A model generated the notes under the pieces. The model was given only the letters and a program-made list of their open reading frames with translations. It had not been told where the DNA came from and searched no databases. A program made the translations under genes and the position numbers. From an uncultured Acidobacteriota bacterium (GTDB lineage: Bacteria > Acidobacteriota > Thermoanaerobaculia > Gp7-AA8), in contig CALMZP010000046.1 of assembly GCA_937870635.1 (NCBI GenBank), forward strand, positions 20,832-84,831: a stretch of 64,000 nt of DNA, read 5' to 3'. How positions within the stretch are numbered: the stretch's first letter is position 1; every line of letters starts with the position of its first letter. Shown one piece after another: positions 19,357 through 27,325 of this stretch.

Positions 19357-20283
19357 ATGAAAACGAAAGTTACGGTAGTCGGTGGCGGAAACGTCGGAGC
19401 CACCGTCGCGCAGGGAATTGCGGCGAAAGAACTGGCCGATGTCGTGGTCGTGGACATCGTCGAGGGCGTGCCCCAGGGCAAGACCCTCGACCTCATGGAA
19501 ACCGCCCCCGTCGAAAAGTACGACTCGATCCTCACCGGTTCGAACGGCTACGACGAGACCGAAAACTCGGACGTCGTCGTCATCACGGCGGGTCTTCCCC
19601 GCAAGCCGGGAATGAGCCGCGACGACCTTCTCTGGAAGAATGAAGAGATCGTTGGCGGCGTCACGCGCGAGATCGTGAGGCGCTCGCCGAAGTGCATCAT
19701 CATCGTCGTATCGAATCCTCTCGACGCGATGTGTGAAGTCGCCCGCCGTGTATCGAAGTTTCCCCGCGAGCGCGTCCTCGGCATGGCCGGCGTGCTCGAC
19801 TCCGCGCGCATGCGCGCATTCATCGCGATGGAGCTCAAGGTCTCGGTCGAGAACACGCACGCGTTCGTCCTCGGCGGCCACGGCGACACGATGGTTCCGC
19901 TGCCGCGTTACTCGACCGTGGCCGGAATCCCGATCACCGAACTGATCTCGAAGGAACGCATCGACGCCATCGTCGACCGCACCCGCAACGGCGGCGCGGA
20001 GATCGTCAACCTGCTCAAGACGTCGGCCTGGTACGCGCCGGGCGCATCGACCGTGGAGATGGTCGAAGCGATCCTCAAGGACAAGCGCAAGATCCTTCCG
20101 TGCGCGGCCTATCTGCAGGGCGAGTACGGCTACAAGGGGCTCTTTGTGGGCGTGCCGGTGAAGCTCGGACGGAACGGCCTCGAAGAGATCATCCAGATCA
20201 AGCTGACCGACGAGGAGAAGGCGGGCCTGGACAAGTCGGCCGCGGCGGTGCAGGAACTGGTGGAGAAGCTGAAGACCCAGTAG
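19357..20283 (+). CDS. mdh: Malate dehydrogenase (LDH-like type)
   Basis: 308 aa. [10 protein letters not shown] Rossmann motif, [27 protein letters not shown]. Confidence 0.95.
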   Translation: MKTKVTVVGGGNVGATVAQGIAAKELADVVVVDIVEGVPQGKTLDLMETAPVEKYDSILTGSNGYDETENSDVVVITAGLPRKPGMSRDDLLWKNEEIVGGVTREIVRRSPKCIIIVVSNPLDAMCEVARRVSKFPRERVLGMAGVLDSARMRAFIAMELKVSVENTHAFVLGGHGDTMVPLPRYSTVAGIPITELISKERIDAIVDRTRNGGAEIVNLLKTSAWYAPGASTVEMVEAILKDKRKILPCAAYLQGEYGYKGLFVGVPVKLGRNGLEEIIQIKLTDEEKAGLDKSAAAVQELVEKLKTQ

Positions 20284-20326
20284 TTCCCGGTCTCGGCGCG
20301 AAGGTTCCAACAGCAAGTTTCATGGA

Positions 20327-20623
20327 ATCCCGAGCGAAGCGAGGGATCTCCGGAAGCACCGGCAGGATTTCCCCGAGGAGCGAATGACCCGCTGGGCCTG
20401 ATTCCGGCGGTGGTACCGGAGATCCCTCGCTCCGCTCGGGATTGTTCAATCCGGAAGCACCGGCAGGATGTAGCTCAAGGGCGCAGCAAGCTGCGCCAGC
20501 CTGAGCGGCAGCCAAGCTGCCGCACTCCCTCTCCTGCACGCGCCCGGAATAGCGTTGGCCCGACTTATGTCGTTGGTTCAGATCCTGCCGGTGGTACCGG
20601 AGATCCCTCGCTTCGCTCGGGAT
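20327..20623. repeat. Nested MITE-like element(s) with about 42-bp terminal inverted repeats ATCCCGAGCGAAGCGAGGGATCTCCGG...
   Basis: L1 20327-20368, R1 20401-20442 (inverted), truncated L2 20450-20469, R2 20582-20623 (inverted and nearly identical to L1). The 112-nt interior carries two perfect small hairpins (20480-20497, 20505-20523). Confidence 0.85.
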
Positions 20624-20634
20624 AAAATCCGACA

Positions 20635-21570
20635 ATGAAAAAACTCGTCATCGACATCGAGACCGTCGGGACTCCCTGGGAGGAGCACGACCCGTACGTC
20701 CGTGAATACCTCATCAAGGGTATGAACGACGCGGAAGCGGAAGAGGAGAAGCGCCGCGGGGCGCTCTCGCCGTTCACAGGACGGATCGTGGCCATCGGGA
20801 TCGTCAACGCCGAGACGGGACGATCCTGCGCGATGTACGAGGTTCCCGGGCAGACCGAGCTCATCACCAGGAAAGACGGCAATCGCACGCTCATCTCCGG
20901 AACCGAGCGCCAGATCCTCGAGAAGTTCTGGGAGTTCCTCGCGCCCGGCGACCGCTTCATCTCGTTCAACGGGCGTCAGTTCGACGGTCCTTTCCTGATG
21001 ATCCGCTCGGCGATCCACGGCGTGGTTCCGAAGCGCGATCTCGTCGGCAATCGCTATCGCCTGCATCCGAACTGCGATCTGCGCGAAGTGCTGAACTTCA
21101 ACGGCACGCTGAACCCGCGGCAGATGCGGTTCAATCTCGATCTCGCATGCAAGTCGTTCGGCATCGTCAGCTCGAAGACCGAAGGGATGGACGGCAGGGC
21201 GGTGGCGGATCTCTACCGGTCGGGTCGTTACGAAGACATCGCCACGTACTGTCTCGAAGATGTTCGTGCGACGTGCGAGCTCTATCTCAAGCTGGAGAAG
21301 ACGCTGCTTCTGTTCGAGCAGTCCTTCCGCGAGGCGGAAGAACGTGCGTCGCGCACGCGCCGGGTTCCGGATGAACCCGCGCTGGTGGTTCCGAGCTCGG
21401 AGAGCGGCTTCATCGAAGGGCTGAACGAAAACTCGGCCGTGCTCAGCGCCTCCCTCGAGCAGATCGAGATCAACACCGAGGGCGTCATGTCTGCCAGACA
21501 GCAGGCGATGGTGCTGGAGAAGCTCGTTGCCGCACGCGAAGCGGACGAAGAGATCCCCAAAGGATCATGA
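20635..21570 (+). CDS. RNase-H-fold 3'-5' exonuclease related to the PolB exonuclease domain, with about 90 aa C-terminal extension
   Basis: 311 aa. Exo motifs LVIDIETVG, ISFNGRQFDGPFL and YCLEDVRATCELYL. Confidence 0.7.
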   Translation: MKKLVIDIETVGTPWEEHDPYVREYLIKGMNDAEAEEEKRRGALSPFTGRIVAIGIVNAETGRSCAMYEVPGQTELITRKDGNRTLISGTERQILEKFWEFLAPGDRFISFNGRQFDGPFLMIRSAIHGVVPKRDLVGNRYRLHPNCDLREVLNFNGTLNPRQMRFNLDLACKSFGIVSSKTEGMDGRAVADLYRSGRYEDIATYCLEDVRATCELYLKLEKTLLLFEQSFREAEERASRTRRVPDEPALVVPSSESGFIEGLNENSAVLSASLEQIEINTEGVMSARQQAMVLEKLVAAREADEEIPKGS

Positions 21571-22865
21571 AGATTTACCGGGCCCGCGTCTTCACGCCGG
21601 TTGCCGATCCCTTCACGACAGACGCTGACGGATCGTACGTGTCGCACGACGACGGCTTCATCGCGGTCGACGGCTCGCGCATCACGTCGGTGGGCCCCTG
21701 GGATGGGCATCCCGACGGCGAGATCATCGATCTCGGCCGCCAGACTCTGCTGACTCCCGGCTTCGTGGATACGCACCTGCACGCGCCTCAGCTGGAGATG
21801 ATCGGCTCGTACGGCGGCCACCTGCTCGAATGGCTGAACCGTTACACGTTTCCGACCGAAGCGAAGTTCAGCGATCCCGGCCACGCGCGCAAGGTGGCGC
21901 GCGCACTGTGCGATGAGCTGGTGCGCCATGGCACCTTGTGCGCGCTGATCTTCTCCACGATTCATCGCGAGGCGACGTCGATCTTTTTCGAAGAGGCCGA
22001 AAATTACGGTCTGCGCGCGATCATCGGCAAGACGATGATGGATAGGAACGCGCCCGACTACCTGCTCGAAAGCGCGAAAGATTCATACGACGACAGCCGG
22101 GCGCTCATCCGACAGTGGCATGGCCGAGGGTTGCTGCGCTACGCGGTGACGCCGCGATTTGCGCCGACTTCGACCCCGGAGCAACTGGAGCTCGCCGGAG
22201 CACTGAAGCGTGAGTTCCCCGATGCCTACGTGCAGAGCCACATCTCCGAGAACCTCAACGAGGTGGCCTGGGTCCGCGAGCTCTTTCCGGAGGCGGAGTA
22301 CGCCGACGTCTACGACCGCTACGGACTGCTCAGTGACCGGACGATCCTCGCCCACGGTGTTCACCTCACGGAGGAGGAGCTGGAGCTTCTGAGCCGCAGG
22401 GCCACACGCATCGCGCACTGCCCCAACTCCAACCTGTTCCTCGGCAGCGGCCTTTTTCCGCTGCACCGCGTGATCGAGAGCGGGATCGGCGTCGGGCTCG
22501 GCAGCGATATCGGCGCGGGGACCACTCCTTCGATGTTCACCGCGATGGCCGACGCTTACAAGGTGCAGCAGGTCCAGGGTGTTTCCCTGAGCCCGTTCCA
22601 GCTCTGGTTCCTGGCCACCCTGGGCGGCGCCCGCGTGCTCTCCCTCGGATCCGAGACCGGGAGCCTCGAATCGGGCAAATCGGCTGATTTCCTCGCCCTC
22701 GACCTTCGAGCGACGCCGCTGCTGGCGATGAGGATCGAGCGCGCGGCGAGCATCGAGGATCTGCTGGCGGCGCTCATCTTCATGGGTGACGACCGGGCCG
22801 TCCGCTCCGCCTGGATTGCTGGACGGCAGGTCTGGACGGCACAGCCGTTGAACAGTACATCCTGA
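21567..22865 (+). CDS. guaD: Guanine deaminase (amidohydrolase superfamily)
   Basis: 432 aa. PGFVDTHLHAPQ, SHISEN, AHGVHL, HCPNSNLFLGSG, GLGSDIGAG. The start overlaps the exonuclease stop (ATGA). Confidence 0.88.
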   Translation: MKIYRARVFTPVADPFTTDADGSYVSHDDGFIAVDGSRITSVGPWDGHPDGEIIDLGRQTLLTPGFVDTHLHAPQLEMIGSYGGHLLEWLNRYTFPTEAKFSDPGHARKVARALCDELVRHGTLCALIFSTIHREATSIFFEEAENYGLRAIIGKTMMDRNAPDYLLESAKDSYDDSRALIRQWHGRGLLRYAVTPRFAPTSTPEQLELAGALKREFPDAYVQSHISENLNEVAWVRELFPEAEYADVYDRYGLLSDRTILAHGVHLTEEELELLSRRATRIAHCPNSNLFLGSGLFPLHRVIESGIGVGLGSDIGAGTTPSMFTAMADAYKVQQVQGVSLSPFQLWFLATLGGARVLSLGSETGSLESGKSADFLALDLRATPLLAMRIERAASIEDLLAALIFMGDDRAVRSAWIAGRQVWTAQPLNSTS

Positions 22866-22878
22866 ACAGGAGGCTCCA

Positions 22879-24177
22879 ATGAAACGTGCAGCCGTCGTAC
22901 TTGCGCTGGCACTCGTCGCAGCTGTGTCCGCTTCAGGACAGGACCGTAGCGTCTGGCGGACATCCGCCGATATCCGGGAAGGGTCGGTGGGATCGATCGT
23001 CGGCACGGTGACTGAGATCGAGGCCGGGCGGAACCAGTTCCGGATCCGGCCCGACAACGATCCCTATCAATGGACCACGGTCATCAGCGACAGCGTGACC
23101 ACCACCTATTACGGCTTCGGCGGCGTCATCAACGGGTCGCCGGAGATCTTTCGCGGAACGAGTGGCTTCTCGAACGTTCGCGCCGGTGATCGCGTCGACG
23201 TTCATGGCCAGGGACGTCCCGGTGCGTCGGTCGCCGCAGGACAGATCACGCTTCTCGGACGTTCAGTCGAAGCGGACACCGTCGGCGTCGGTACGACGCG
23301 GGAGGGAACGAGCGTATCGACACCGACCGCTGGAGGCACGACGCCGACGACGCGCGCGCAGACCGGCGCCGGAGTCACCGAAGGAACTGTCCGTCAGGTG
23401 AACGTGAACGAAAGCCGGATCGTGATTCAGACGCCGCAGCGGCGAATGATCACCGTCAACGCCACGCGCTCGACGCCCGTGTACTTTCGCGGCGAGATCT
23501 ACCGGATCTCGAACCTCGAGATTGGAGACGTGATTCGCGTCGAGCCAGAGCCGCGCACGGCGCAGGCGGATGAGATCACGGCGCGCTCGATCGAAGTGAC
23601 CCAGAGCAAGCAGGAGCGCGGTGATCCCCCGTCCGATCAGCGGCTGACCGCCGTCGTAGGCCGCGTAACGCGTATCGACCGCACGGCGGACATGATCCGG
23701 GTGAATACCGGTCGTCAGGACGTCCGCGTGGACATGGTTCGCGCCGCGGATGGCAGCGGACGCCGGCTCCGGGCGAGCGATCTGCGCGTTGGCGACCAGG
23801 TCGACATCACCGGCAGCTACAGTTCGAACTCGGATGTCTTCATCGCATCGACGGTACGCTTCGGAAGCGGTGAACCCAGCGGAACCGAGATCGACGTCGA
23901 CGACCGGGACATGGACGACGATGACGATGCCGAGTACGTGGTGATCTCGTTCTCCGGAACCGTCGCGGAATCGCTCGACACTTCGCCGACGCTGGTGATC
24001 AACGACCGGACGAACAACCGGACGGTCCGCGTGCACGCGACGACGGACTTCGTGATCCGCACTCGCGCCGGGACCTACGCGGCCGCGAGCACTCTGAACG
24101 TCGGTGACAGCGTACTGATCAAGGCATTCCGGGACGAGGATGGCAACCTGCTGGCCCAGACCATAAGGATCAGGTAA
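22879..24177 (+). CDS. Secreted repeat protein (four short beta-rich modules, poly-Asp segment)
   Basis: 432 aa with an AGGAGG RBS and a signal peptide (MKRAAVVLALALVAAVSASG). Recurring ...GD.V.V.G... modules, and DVDDRDMDDDDDAEY. Confidence 0.7.
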   Translation: MKRAAVVLALALVAAVSASGQDRSVWRTSADIREGSVGSIVGTVTEIEAGRNQFRIRPDNDPYQWTTVISDSVTTTYYGFGGVINGSPEIFRGTSGFSNVRAGDRVDVHGQGRPGASVAAGQITLLGRSVEADTVGVGTTREGTSVSTPTAGGTTPTTRAQTGAGVTEGTVRQVNVNESRIVIQTPQRRMITVNATRSTPVYFRGEIYRISNLEIGDVIRVEPEPRTAQADEITARSIEVTQSKQERGDPPSDQRLTAVVGRVTRIDRTADMIRVNTGRQDVRVDMVRAADGSGRRLRASDLRVGDQVDITGSYSSNSDVFIASTVRFGSGEPSGTEIDVDDRDMDDDDDAEYVVISFSGTVAESLDTSPTLVINDRTNNRTVRVHATTDFVIRTRAGTYAAASTLNVGDSVLIKAFRDEDGNLLAQTIRIR

Positions 24178-24192
24178 CCACCACCCAAGGGG

Positions 24193-24219
24193 GCGCGGGC
24201 GAGGTCGCCCGCGCTCCAC
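24193..24219. repeat. REP-like copy with degenerate left flank
   Basis: GCGCGGGCGA-GG-TCGCCCGCGCTCCAC. A solo right arm CCCGCGCTCCAC lies at 24331-24342. Confidence 0.85.
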
Positions 24220-24223
24220 AGCC

Positions 24224-24320
24224 ATCCCGAGCGTCAGCGAGGGACCTGGGTGTGAAGGGGGGGGCGAGGACCGACCTTCGAGCCGCCCCGTCCCCCACGT
24301 CCCTCGCTAACGTTGGGGAT
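24224..24320. repeat. Related inverted-repeat element (ATCCCGAGCGTCAGCGAGGGAC ... GTCCCTCGCTAACGTTGGGGAT)
   Basis: 22-bp arms with 3 mismatches and a 53-nt G-rich loop. Confidence 0.75.
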
Positions 24321-24393
24321 GACAGGCTTTCCCGCGCTCCACCCTTTTTATTTGTAGGAATATCCGGGCTCCGGCCGCTGTAAAAAACGTCAA

Positions 24394-24741
24394 ATGCCCA
24401 AGTCCGATCTCCTTCCCGGCGTCGTCACGGACTCCTGCCCTCCGGCGGTGGTCATCGACTCGCGTCACACGGTGCGGAAGGCCCGCCGTCGCGCTCTTTT
24501 CAGGGACGTCGCGAACCTGGTCATTCTTGGCGCTGTCGACTACGTGTCTCTTCGCTGGCCAGCGGCGCACATCCCACTCGTCAATCGCGAACAGTCGATG
24601 CTGCTCGTCGGACTTCTGAACGCGACCGTCGTGACGCACATCGTGATGACGCGTGTTGCAGCGAGACTCGCCGCCCGCCGGATTGCCGCAACCTGGTCGC
24701 TCCGCGAGAGGGCGCGCTTCTTTCAGAGCGGTCCGCTCTGA
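24394..24741 (+). CDS. Hypothetical small membrane protein
   Basis: 115 aa from an ATG start. Two hydrophobic segments and GC3-rich codons; no recognised motif. Confidence 0.4.
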   Translation: MPKSDLLPGVVTDSCPPAVVIDSRHTVRKARRRALFRDVANLVILGAVDYVSLRWPAAHIPLVNREQSMLLVGLLNATVVTHIVMTRVAARLAARRIAATWSLRERARFFQSGPL

Positions 24742-24792
24742 GACAGCGAAGGGCCGGCTCGACGCCGGCCCCTCCGCTCCCAAACTCTGCTT

Positions 24793-27174
24793 CTACACTT
24801 CCGTGTGTCTTGCCGCGAACAGTTTCTCGCGCCCTGTCAGGTACAGGATCGCGATGAGCACGGCGAACGGGATCAGCGCCAGAACATCAGCATACGGTCC
24901 GGAGAACGCGGGATTTCGCTCCGAGAAACTCTGGATCGCCGCATTCGCGCCGGCCATGAAGGGCACACCGGCGATGAAGGCGATGATGATGCCCGCGATC
25001 GCGCCGCCGGCGATGTAACCCGACGCCATGAGAACACCCGGGCTCTTGTCACCTTCCGCCACGAGCTGATCTTCCGTGAGCGTGTGCGCCGCGTACTTCG
25101 TGCGTCGGATCCAGCGGTCGACCGCCCAGCGGATGATGCCGCCGATGAGAATGGGCGTGGTCGATGACAACGGCAGGTACACACCGACCGCGAATGCCAG
25201 AGACGAGATCCCCGCGAGCTCGAGCACGATGGCGATCATGGCGCCGAGGATCACGAGGCCCCACGGCAGCTGCCCGCCGAGGATGCCTTTGATGATGTAC
25301 GACATGAGCGTGGCCTTCGGTGCGTCGAACTTCGTCACACTGCGGCCCTGGGGATCGTTGCGGTAGGCGCCGTTGATACCGGGATCGACGTAGTATGCGA
25401 TCTGCCCGTTCTCATCGACGAGATACTTCTCGGCGTTACCGCCGCCCGGCGGGTTGTGGAACCAGGCGAAATACTCTTTCTGATCCGACTGTCCCTGCTG
25501 GCCGGCGAGGGACTCGCGGCGAAGGGAGCTGACGTCGACCCGTTCCCCGGGGTTGGCGGTTCCCGCCGCGAAACCGGCAGGCCTGTTGTTCACGGGCACG
25601 TACACGGTACCGGCATCGTTGAGTCTCAGCAGGATGGGCCCGAGGATCAGCGCCGATGCGAGGGCGCCGATGAGGATCGCGATCTGCTGATTCTTCGGCG
25701 TCGCACCGACGAGGAATCCGGTCTTGAGATCCTGCGATGTCGTACCTCCATTGGAGGACGCAATGCAGACGATGGCGCCGATGGAGAGTGCCGTGACGAA
25801 GTAGTTGCTCCCCGTCCATCCGAGGATGACGAATACGAGACAGGTCAGCAGCAGCGTGGCCACGGTCATGCCGGAGATGGGGTTCGACGTCGAGCCGATC
25901 TCGCCGGTGAGGCGCGAGGAGACCGTGACAAAGAGAAACCCGAACACGACGATGAGCAGCGCTGCGGCGATTCGAGCCGCAACGCCGGTTCCGCCGACGT
26001 ACAGCGGATTGGAGAACGCGATGACGACGATCAGCGCGATGATGCCGAGCAGCACGAGACGGATCGAGAGGTCGCGATCCGTCCGCGGCACCGCAACAGC
26101 GTCGGCTTCTGCAGCTCGAGCCGTGGAAACGTCGCGCATGCCGCCCCTGATGCCGTGCCAGATGAGAGGCAGCGACTTGAACACGCTGATGATGCCCGCC
26201 GCCGCAACCGCACCCGCACCGATGTAGAGAATGTACGCGTTGCGGATCTCGCCCGGACCCATGTCGCGAATCAGCGCCGTCGTCTCAGGCGCGAGCGGCA
26301 TCGCCAGAGACTGGCCGAAGTACTTGATCATCGGAATGAGCACGAGATAGGCGAGGGCGCCGCCGGCGCACATGATGCCCGCGATGCGCGGTCCGATGAT
26401 GTATCCGACGCCCAGCAGCTCGGGTGAGACTTCCGCGGCAACACTTCCCGCGGTGAAGGGCGCACCAAACGTCTTTTCGGGAACGTCTTTCCAGGCGCGG
26501 AAGGCAGCCATCGCGGTCTTGTAGGCGAGCCCGATCCCGAAGCCGGTGAAGATCGTCTTTGCGCCGATCTTCGCACCGCCGAGCGCCTCCTGTTCACGCT
26601 TGGCCTGCTCGGATGCCGCGGCCTGCGATTCCTCTGATGCGCCGGCCTTGAGCACTTCGGCGCACGCCGTTCCTTCCGGATACTTGAGGATGCCGTGCTG
26701 AGCGACGATGAGCGCGCGCCGGAGGGGGATCATCATCAGGATGCCTAGCAGGCCGCCGAGGATCGCGACGAGCATGACGCGCGTGATCTCGAGGTCGAAG
26801 CCGAGGATCAGGATGGCGGGCATCGTGACGCCGACGCCGAAGGCGATCGACTCACCTGCCGAACCGGCCGTCTGCACGACGTTGTGCTCGAGGATCGTCG
26901 CCTCGCGCGCGCCGAGCTTGGAGAGAATCCGGAAGAGCGTGATCGAGATGACCGCCACCGGAATCGATGCGCTGACGGTTAGGCCGACCTTCAGCACGAG
27001 GTAGAGAGACGACGCGCCGAAGATCATGCCGAGGATGGTGCCTACGATGATCGGAAGCGGAGTCAGTTCGCGCAGCGAGGTTTCCGGCGGGATGTACGGC
27101 ATGAAGGTCGGGCGCGTCGGCTGGGCGCCCACGATGTCGGGATGACCCTGTCGGTCCTGTGCAGTTGTGCTCAT
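24793..27174 (-). CDS. OPT-family oligopeptide transporter
   Basis: About 793 aa. Many TM helices and an OPT-like N-terminus (ELTPLPIIVGTILGMIFGASSLYLVLKVGLTVSASIPVAV). ATG 27174 preferred; the track start at 27195 is TTG. Confidence 0.85.
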   Translation of the reverse strand: MSTTAQDRQGHPDIVGAQPTRPTFMPYIPPETSLRELTPLPIIVGTILGMIFGASSLYLVLKVGLTVSASIPVAVISITLFRILSKLGAREATILEHNVVQTAGSAGESIAFGVGVTMPAILILGFDLEITRVMLVAILGGLLGILMMIPLRRALIVAQHGILKYPEGTACAEVLKAGASEESQAAASEQAKREQEALGGAKIGAKTIFTGFGIGLAYKTAMAAFRAWKDVPEKTFGAPFTAGSVAAEVSPELLGVGYIIGPRIAGIMCAGGALAYLVLIPMIKYFGQSLAMPLAPETTALIRDMGPGEIRNAYILYIGAGAVAAAGIISVFKSLPLIWHGIRGGMRDVSTARAAEADAVAVPRTDRDLSIRLVLLGIIALIVVIAFSNPLYVGGTGVAARIAAALLIVVFGFLFVTVSSRLTGEIGSTSNPISGMTVATLLLTCLVFVILGWTGSNYFVTALSIGAIVCIASSNGGTTSQDLKTGFLVGATPKNQQIAILIGALASALILGPILLRLNDAGTVYVPVNNRPAGFAAGTANPGERVDVSSLRRESLAGQQGQSDQKEYFAWFHNPPGGGNAEKYLVDENGQIAYYVDPGINGAYRNDPQGRSVTKFDAPKATLMSYIIKGILGGQLPWGLVILGAMIAIVLELAGISSLAFAVGVYLPLSSTTPILIGGIIRWAVDRWIRRTKYAAHTLTEDQLVAEGDKSPGVLMASGYIAGGAIAGIIIAFIAGVPFMAGANAAIQSFSERNPAFSGPYADVLALIPFAVLIAILYLTGREKLFAARHTEV

Positions 27175-27235
27175 GGCCGCACAGTTTAGCGTCAACGGCG
27201 TCTGGAGCAGGGGAGATAGTCCTGGTCCCGTTCAA

Positions 27236-27311
27236 CCACAGAGGACACAGAGAGCACAGAGAAGCACTGAGAGCTTCTCCGGTTTCTCTGTGTGCTCTGT
27301 GAACTCTGTGG
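27236..27311. repeat. Tandem-repeat hairpin, 9-nt unit CACAGAGNN
   Basis: ccacagaggacacagagagcacagagaagc / gcttctc...ttctctgtgtgctctgtgaactctgtgg. Lies 3' of the UvrA-family gene on the minus strand. Confidence 0.9.
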
Positions 27312-27325
27312 TCAACGAAGTCCCG

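Noticed and set aside
24307-24783. 158-aa minus-strand ORF overlapping the small plus-strand gene at 24394..24741
   Set aside because: It starts inside the repeat-rich intergenic region and has a wrong-frame-like composition. The plus-strand ORF has better codon bias, although it is itself only a low-confidence call.
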